A stretch of DNA of 64,000 nt from an uncultured Lachnospiraceae bacterium (GTDB taxonomy: Bacteria; Bacillota; Clostridia; Lachnospirales; Lachnospiraceae), in contig CAJUJK010000019.1 in the NCBI GenBank assembly GCA_910586705.1, forward strand, positions 3,643 through 67,642. The letters are read 5' to 3'. A program made the position numbers and the translations under genes. Position 1 is the first letter of the stretch; every line of letters begins with the position of its first letter. Of this stretch, positions 58,158-64,000 are shown in pieces. The notes below the pieces were generated by a model that worked only from the letters and a program-made list of their open reading frames with translations, searched no databases and had not been told where the DNA came from.

Positions 58158-59285
58158 ATGAAAAATATATTGCTGGTTGACGACTCTGCACTCATGAGAA
58201 GGGTGCTCTGTGATATAATTGAATCAGATAAGCGATTCCGTGTACAGGACAGGGCGGTAAACGGTCTGGATGCGCTGGCTCTGCTCAGCAGGAAGTCCTA
58301 CGATGCGGTTGTGCTCGACGTGAATATGCCGCAGATGAACGGGCTGGAGCTTCTGAAGGAGCTGCAGAAACGCAGGATCTCGGCGAAGATCATTATGGCG
58401 AGCACGGACACGGCGGACGGTGCGAAGGTTACGCTTGACGCGCTGGAACTGGGTGCGCTGGATTTTATCCACAAGCCTACCAGTGCGCTGGACTGCCGTA
58501 ACGGGTCTTTCAGTCAGGGACTGCTGCAGATTCTTGCCGCGGTAACGGATCTGGATACGCCGATGCCGGCACCGGCTCCGTCGGGACCAGCGGCGGTTCC
58601 GAGAGCGGCGAGGAACATTGTGGGCAGAACGGGAGCGGTTCCTGCGGTGGAGAAGCCGGAGAAAAAGGTGACGGCGCCGCCTTCGGGGAAGGCAGTCTAC
58701 AATCCGGGAAGCCAGATTGTGGCGCTGGCCAGTTCCACAGGCGGTCCCAAGGCATTGCAGGCGGTTATTCCGAAACTCCCGGCGAACCTGAAGGTGCCGG
58801 TGGTGGTGGTGCAGCATATGCCTGCCGGATTTACGGCGTCCCTTGCAGAGAGGCTGAACTCCCTGAGCGAAGTCACCGTGAAGGAAGCGGCGGAGGGAGA
58901 TGTGCTCATGCCCGGCAATGTATATATCGCCATGGGCGGGAAGCATCTGAATGTTCTGAATATGTCGGGCAAATATACGATCCATTATTCGGACGAACCG
59001 GCAAGGGAAGGTGTGAAACCGTGTGCGAACTACATGTATGAATCCCTGATGGACAGCAAATTCGACAGGGTGGTATGCGTGGTGATGACGGGGATGGGAG
59101 CAGACGGTACAGAAGGAATCCAGCATCTGAAAGAGAAAAAGAAAATACATGTGATTGTACAGGAGGCGAGCACATGCGCCGTGTACGGGATGCCGAAGAG
59201 CGCCGTGAACGCGGGACTGGCGGATCAGGTAGTGCCGCTGGAGCAGATCGCACAGGAAATCACAACAAACGTGGGGGTAAAATAA
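58158..59285 (+). CDS. cheB: Chemotaxis methylesterase CheB
   Basis: Receiver domain; SSTGGP, QHMP and TGMGADG motifs. Confidence 0.96.
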   Translation: MKNILLVDDSALMRRVLCDIIESDKRFRVQDRAVNGLDALALLSRKSYDAVVLDVNMPQMNGLELLKELQKRRISAKIIMASTDTADGAKVTLDALELGALDFIHKPTSALDCRNGSFSQGLLQILAAVTDLDTPMPAPAPSGPAAVPRAARNIVGRTGAVPAVEKPEKKVTAPPSGKAVYNPGSQIVALASSTGGPKALQAVIPKLPANLKVPVVVVQHMPAGFTASLAERLNSLSEVTVKEAAEGDVLMPGNVYIAMGGKHLNVLNMSGKYTIHYSDEPAREGVKPCANYMYESLMDSKFDRVVCVVMTGMGADGTEGIQHLKEKKKIHVIVQEASTCAVYGMPKSAVNAGLADQVVPLEQIAQEITTNVGVK

Positions 59286-59286
59286 T

Positions 59287-61422
59287 ATGGATGTAAGCCA
59301 GTATCTTGAGATTTTCCTTGATGAAACCAATGAACATCTGCAGAATTTAAATACGCAGATTCTCTCTCTGGAGCAGGATCCCGAGAACATGGACACGATC
59401 AACGAGATCTTCCGTGCTGCCCATTCCTTAAAGGGTATGGCGGGAACCATGGGCTATAAGAGAATGCAGACGCTGACCCATGATATGGAGAACGTTTTCT
59501 CTGAGGTGAGAAACGGCAATATCAAAGTGAAGGCGGATATGATCGATGTGCTGTTCCAGTGTCTTGACGCGCTGGAGGAGTATAACACGAATATCAGGGA
59601 AAGCTCCGACGAGGGTACGAATGATAACGGTGCGCTGATCAAGCGGTTGAACGATATTATGGGCGGCGGTTCCGATGACAGCGCCGCGCCGGCAGAGCAG
59701 GAACAGGCGCCGCAGGCGCAGGCTGTGGATGCAGCGGCTGCGGGCGGTTTTGTGGGAATTAAGCTGAACGAGAACCAGCAGAGTGTACTCGGCGAGGCGC
59801 TCAAGCAGGGCAAGAGAGTGTACGGGCTGACCGTGAAAGTACAGGAGTCCTGTATTCTGAAGGCGGCAAGGGCGTTTCTGGTGTTTAAGGCGATTGAGGA
59901 GACGAGCGAAATCATTGTTTCCGATCCTTCCTCGCAGGATATTGAGGACGAAAAGTTCGATCTGCACTTCAGTCTGATTATTGTTTCCGAGGCAGAACTG
60001 AACGAAGTTGTGACGGCGGCAAAGAGTGTGTCCGAGATCGAGGACGTCTCCGGCAGCGTGCTGAACATTGACGATGTGGGGGCGGCTGAGACGGAGGAAT
60101 CCCATGCGGCGGAGACCGGGGCAGAGGCAGAGGCGGCAGCGCCCGCGGCGCCCGCACAGGAGGCACAGGCAGCCCAGACACCTGTGGCAGCGCAGGCGCC
60201 GGCTCCCGCGGAGGCAGCGGCGCAGACACCGGCGCCCGCGGCGAAGAAGGCGCCCGCGAATAAGCCTGTGGTAAACCGTACAGTCAGAGTGGATATAGAG
60301 AAACTGGATACGCTGATGAATCTGGTCAGCGAGTTGATTATCGCGAAGAACTCCCTCGTGTCGGCTTCCGCGATGTCGGGCAATTCCAGTCAGGCGGTGA
60401 ACGAGCAGATCGAGTATCTGGAGAGCGTCACCACTTCCCTCCACGAGTCGGTTATGAAGGTGAGGATGGTGCCCATCGAGAGCACCGTGAACAAGTTCCC
60501 CCGTATGGTCCGCGACCTGCAGAAGAAGCTTGGCAAGAAGATGGAACTGTACATGAGCGGTGAGGAGACAGAGCTTGACCGTACCGTGGTGGACCAGATC
60601 GGCGATCCGCTGATGCATCTGCTGCGCAATTCCGCAGACCACGGACTGGAGTCCGCTGCGGTGCGTAAAGAGAGAGGGAAGCCGGAAGTCGGTTCCATTT
60701 TCCTCGACGCTTATCAGGATGGTAACAACGTTGTCATTGAGGTGAGGGATGACGGTAACGGTATTGATACAAAGGCAGTAAAGAACAAGGCGATAGAGCG
60801 CGGCGTCATCACCCCGGAACAGGGCGAGGCAATGAGCGAGAAGGAGATCATAGACCTGCTGTTCAACGCGGGATTCTCCACCGCGAAAGTTGTTTCGGAC
60901 GTGTCGGGACGAGGCGTAGGTCTGGACGTGGTGAAGTCCATGATCGAATCCCTGAGCGGTGAGGTGGAAGTGAAGTCCAGACTCGGCGAGGGCAGCACGT
61001 GGACGATCAGACTGCCGCTGACGCTGGCGATTATTCAGGCTCTGATGGTGGAGATAGGCGACGAGAAATATGCCATCGCGCTCGGCTCCATCCAGACGAT
61101 CGAGGATATCCTTCCCAGCGACGTGAATCTGGTACAGGCGAAGGAAGTCATCCAGCTGCGTGATCTGGTTATCCCGCTGATCCGGCTGAATGAGATTCTG
61201 GATATCCCGAGCAAGAAAGATCCGGAGGAAAATCTGGTTGTGGTTGTCGTTAAGAAGGGCGATAAGCTTGCGGGTCTTGTGGTGGATGAACTGATCGGGC
61301 AGCAGGAGATCGTTATCAAGTCACTTGGCAAATATATCAGCAAGTGTAAGATTATCAGCGGCGCGACGGTTCTTGGCGACGGTGAAGTGGCGCTGATTCT
61401 GGATGCCAACTCATTGATCTGA
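59287..61422 (+). CDS. cheA: Chemotaxis kinase CheA
   Basis: FRAAHSLKG, RNSADHG and SGRGVGLD motifs. Confidence 0.98.
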   Translation: MDVSQYLEIFLDETNEHLQNLNTQILSLEQDPENMDTINEIFRAAHSLKGMAGTMGYKRMQTLTHDMENVFSEVRNGNIKVKADMIDVLFQCLDALEEYNTNIRESSDEGTNDNGALIKRLNDIMGGGSDDSAAPAEQEQAPQAQAVDAAAAGGFVGIKLNENQQSVLGEALKQGKRVYGLTVKVQESCILKAARAFLVFKAIEETSEIIVSDPSSQDIEDEKFDLHFSLIIVSEAELNEVVTAAKSVSEIEDVSGSVLNIDDVGAAETEESHAAETGAEAEAAAPAAPAQEAQAAQTPVAAQAPAPAEAAAQTPAPAAKKAPANKPVVNRTVRVDIEKLDTLMNLVSELIIAKNSLVSASAMSGNSSQAVNEQIEYLESVTTSLHESVMKVRMVPIESTVNKFPRMVRDLQKKLGKKMELYMSGEETELDRTVVDQIGDPLMHLLRNSADHGLESAAVRKERGKPEVGSIFLDAYQDGNNVVIEVRDDGNGIDTKAVKNKAIERGVITPEQGEAMSEKEIIDLLFNAGFSTAKVVSDVSGRGVGLDVVKSMIESLSGEVEVKSRLGEGSTWTIRLPLTLAIIQALMVEIGDEKYAIALGSIQTIEDILPSDVNLVQAKEVIQLRDLVIPLIRLNEILDIPSKKDPEENLVVVVVKKGDKLAGLVVDELIGQQEIVIKSLGKYISKCKIISGATVLGDGEVALILDANSLI

Positions 61423-61441
61423 CAGGAGGGAGGAAGAGAGC

Positions 61442-61903
61442 ATGAATGAAGTAGAAGAATTAAGACCGGTGGGGCAGACCACACAGTTTATCGTAATAAA
61501 GCTTGGCGACGAGCAGTACGGCATCGATATCAAGTACATAGACAATATCGTGAGAATGCCGCATATCACCAGAGTGCCGAAGGTTGACGATTACCTGAAG
61601 GGCGTTATTAACCTGCGGGGCGAGGTCATTCCTGTTATGAGCATCCGCATCAAGATGGGGCTGGAGGAGGACGTGGAGACGAAATCCAGCAGAATTATCA
61701 TCCTGAAGCTGGAACAGCAGGGAACCATCGGCGTGATCGTGGATGAGGTCAAGGAAGTGGTGACGTTAGAAAATGACAGGATTGAAAAAGTGGCGTATGA
61801 CTCAAAAGATGAGAAGTCAAACTTCCTCTGCGGAGTCGGGAAGAGCGACGGGGGACTGATCTCCCTGCTCGATTTGAATGCGGTTGTACTGGAAAGCGTA
61901 TAG
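61442..61903 (+). CDS. cheW: CheW
   Basis: GVINLRGEVIPV motif. Confidence 0.96.
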   Translation: MNEVEELRPVGQTTQFIVIKLGDEQYGIDIKYIDNIVRMPHITRVPKVDDYLKGVINLRGEVIPVMSIRIKMGLEEDVETKSSRIIILKLEQQGTIGVIVDEVKEVVTLENDRIEKVAYDSKDEKSNFLCGVGKSDGGLISLLDLNAVVLESV

Positions 61904-61914
61904 GAGGAGTAAGA

Positions 61915-62532
61915 GTGGGCGAAATCAGTTTAGACGAAATGTCAAATGAATATTTCGACGTCCTGAGAGAGTTAGGCAACATCGGCGCCGGGAATGCCAC
62001 CACGGCTCTGGCGCAGATGATGCAGTGCAAGGTGGATATGGCAGTTCCAAAAGTACAGCTTCTGGAGTTCAAGGAGCTGGGTGAAGCCATGGTCGGTGAA
62101 GAGACGGTCATGGCTGGTATCTACCTTGGCATAGAGGGCGACATCAAAGGCAGCATTATGTTCCTGCTTGAGAAGGCGGCGGCAAAGCATCTGGTTGGCA
62201 AACTGATGGGTATGGAGTCGGAGGGCGACGAGTTTACCGATATGGAGTTTTCCGCGCTGAAAGAGGTGGGAAATATTATCACGGGTTCGTATCTGAATTC
62301 CCTTTCAAGCATTACGAATCTGGCGATCTATCCTTCCGTGCCGGATCTGACGGTGGACATGGCGGGAGCGATCTTAAGCGTGCCGGCGATAGAGTTTGCG
62401 GCGCTCGGAGACAGGATGTTGATGATCCAGACACAGTTTTTTGACGAGATGGTGTTAGACGGATATTTTATCTTGATTCCTGATCTGGATTCTTATGGCA
62501 GGATGCTGGCGGCGCTGGGGATCAATATCTGA
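61915..62532 (+). CDS. cheC: CheC phosphatase
   Basis: ELGNIGAGNA and EVGNII motifs. Confidence 0.95.
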   Translation: MGEISLDEMSNEYFDVLRELGNIGAGNATTALAQMMQCKVDMAVPKVQLLEFKELGEAMVGEETVMAGIYLGIEGDIKGSIMFLLEKAAAKHLVGKLMGMESEGDEFTDMEFSALKEVGNIITGSYLNSLSSITNLAIYPSVPDLTVDMAGAILSVPAIEFAALGDRMLMIQTQFFDEMVLDGYFILIPDLDSYGRMLAALGINI

Positions 62533-62588
62533 TCGGACGGCGGACATGGGTATGGACTAAGAAAGTGTAAACGGGAGAACGCGGTGTT

Positions 62589-63074
62589 ATGAGTGTAGAG
62601 ATAAAGGTCGGAATGGCTGACTTAAACGTATGCGTCAGTCCGGATAGGATTACAACCCTGGGACTGGGGTCTTGTGTAGGTATTGCGCTTCGCGATCCGG
62701 TCACAAAGATCGGCGGGCTGGCGCACATTATGCTGCCTGACTCTACGACGATTCGCAACAACTCCAATATACCGAAGTTTGCTGATACGGGAATAGAGGA
62801 GCTTGTGAAGCAGGTGACCAGAAAAGGGGCGAACAGAAGCCGGCTTGTGGCAAAGATCGCGGGCGGCGCGCAGATGTTTGGATTTAACAGCAACAGCGAG
62901 ATGGTGCGCGTGGGGGAGAGAAATGTGCAGGCGACCAAGAAAAAGCTGGCGGAGCTGCGTATTCCGATTCTGGCGGAGGATACCGGCAAAAATTTCGGAA
63001 GAACTGTTATTTTTTATCCCGAAACCGGGGATTTTGTAATTAGGGCGGTAGGTAAGCAGGAATACAAGATCTGA
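62589..63074 (+). CDS. cheD: CheD deamidase
   Basis: LGLGSCVG, HIMLP and KIAGGAQMF motifs. Confidence 0.96.
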   Translation: MSVEIKVGMADLNVCVSPDRITTLGLGSCVGIALRDPVTKIGGLAHIMLPDSTTIRNNSNIPKFADTGIEELVKQVTRKGANRSRLVAKIAGGAQMFGFNSNSEMVRVGERNVQATKKKLAELRIPILAEDTGKNFGRTVIFYPETGDFVIRAVGKQEYKI

Positions 63075-63111
63075 CGACGGGACATCGGGAAGAGGATGGA
63101 AGGGTAACAAG

Positions 63112-63513
63112 GTGGACTGGGAAGAGAAGAACAGCGAAGAGACAGGTGAAGAGGCAGACGTCCTGGAGGAGGGCGGGGAGCCGGAAGAGGGGCTTGAGCC
63201 GGAGGATGAGATTGAAACTGCGGCAGAGCGTGAGGCGAGGGAAAAGCGCGAGGAAGAGGAGAGACAAGCAAAGGCGAGAAAACGCAGACTGATCCCTCCT
63301 TTTGTCATGTTATTTGCCGGAGCGGTGGTCAGCATTGCCATGCGTATTCTGCACTATGATCTGCAGACGATGCTGATTGTTTTGCTGTGCGTGCTGCTGG
63401 GGTTCTATTTTGTCGGACGAATCCTGCAGATTATGCTGGACCGGTTTGAACAGCAGATACAGGATGCCCACATGGAGGAGGGCGAGGTTATAGAAAAGGA
63501 ACCAGAGGAGTAA
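63112..63513 (+). CDS. Two-TM membrane protein between cheD and fliA
   Basis: Acidic N-terminus and two hydrophobic segments. Confidence 0.7.
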   Translation: MDWEEKNSEETGEEADVLEEGGEPEEGLEPEDEIETAAEREAREKREEEERQAKARKRRLIPPFVMLFAGAVVSIAMRILHYDLQTMLIVLLCVLLGFYFVGRILQIMLDRFEQQIQDAHMEEGEVIEKEPEE

Positions 63514-63544
63514 AATAAAAACCAAAAGGCTGTAGGTACTCAGA

Positions 63545-64000
63545 ATGGACGAAACAGGCAAAAAGAAACTCTGGGAGGAATACGCGAATACGGATTCCCC
63601 GGAGGTACGGGAAAAGATCATATTGGAATATGCGCCTTTGGTGAAGGTGGTTGCCGGACGCCTCAGTATGTATCTCGGGTACAATGTGGAGTATGAGGAT
63701 CTTGTGAGTTACGGGATATTCGGGCTGATTGACGCCATTGACAAGTTTGACTGCCTGAAGGACGTCAAGTTTGAGACTTACGCCAGTTTGCGTATACGGG
63801 GGGCGATCCTTGACCAGATCCGTAAAATGGACTGGATTCCGCGGACCATCAGGCAGAAGCAGAAGCGGATCGACGCGGCAATCAAGGAGATTGAGACGCA
63901 GTACGGCAGGAGCGCCACAGACGAGGAGATCGCGAGACTTCTGGGCATTACGGATGAGGAGTATCTTGACTGGCAGTCCCAGATGAAGATCACCAACGTG
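63545..64000 (+). CDS. fliA: Flagellar sigma factor FliA/SigD, truncated by the window end (not in the ORF track)
   Basis: EYAPLVKVVAGRL, DLVSYGIFGLIDAIDKFD, KFETYASLRIRGAILDQIRKMDWIPR. Confidence 0.95.
   Translation, partial: MDETGKKKLWEEYANTDSPEVREKIILEYAPLVKVVAGRLSMYLGYNVEYEDLVSYGIFGLIDAIDKFDCLKDVKFETYASLRIRGAILDQIRKMDWIPRTIRQKQKRIDAAIKEIETQYGRSATDEEIARLLGITDEEYLDWQSQMKITNV

Noticed and set aside
33139..60642. Long minus-strand ORFs (33139-34554, 36648-38024, 58224-59450, 59428-60642)
   Set aside because: They are antisense shadows of well-supported flagellar and chemotaxis genes and have no recognisable motifs.
63771..63996. ORFs 63771-63986 (+) and 63778-63996 (-)
   Set aside because: Alternative frames within fliA, which runs off the window end.

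Overview
The window has two parts. Positions 1 to about 25,940 are the right arm of a siphovirus-type prophage in a Lachnospiraceae/Clostridia-like host. It carries small unknown ORFs, two tRNAs, a Com-like zinc-ribbon gene, head, tail and lysis genes, and no terminase or integrase is visible in the window. The prophage ends inside the competence gene comM (yifB). Host DNA follows: comM 3' remnant, dprA, a small stand-alone gene, topA, codY, and a canonical fla/che cluster from flgB to fliA, truncated at the window end. The most interesting signal is an apparent layer of RNA-level control over the phage late genes. (1) An uncalled 57-aa Mu Com-like CxxC/CxxC protein is accompanied by three copies of AGAGCCNNTGAGCCG, each in the 5' arm of a terminator-like hairpin, before the portal, scaffold/capsid and endolysin genes. 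(2) Two three-way-junction RNAs precede the tail tube and tape-measure genes; each loop is complementary to two downstream sites, and loop and sites change together between copies. (3) An array of three AGAGA-loop hairpins lies in the scaffold leader. All calls come from reading the sequence by eye; no database search was run, so novelty is unverified.
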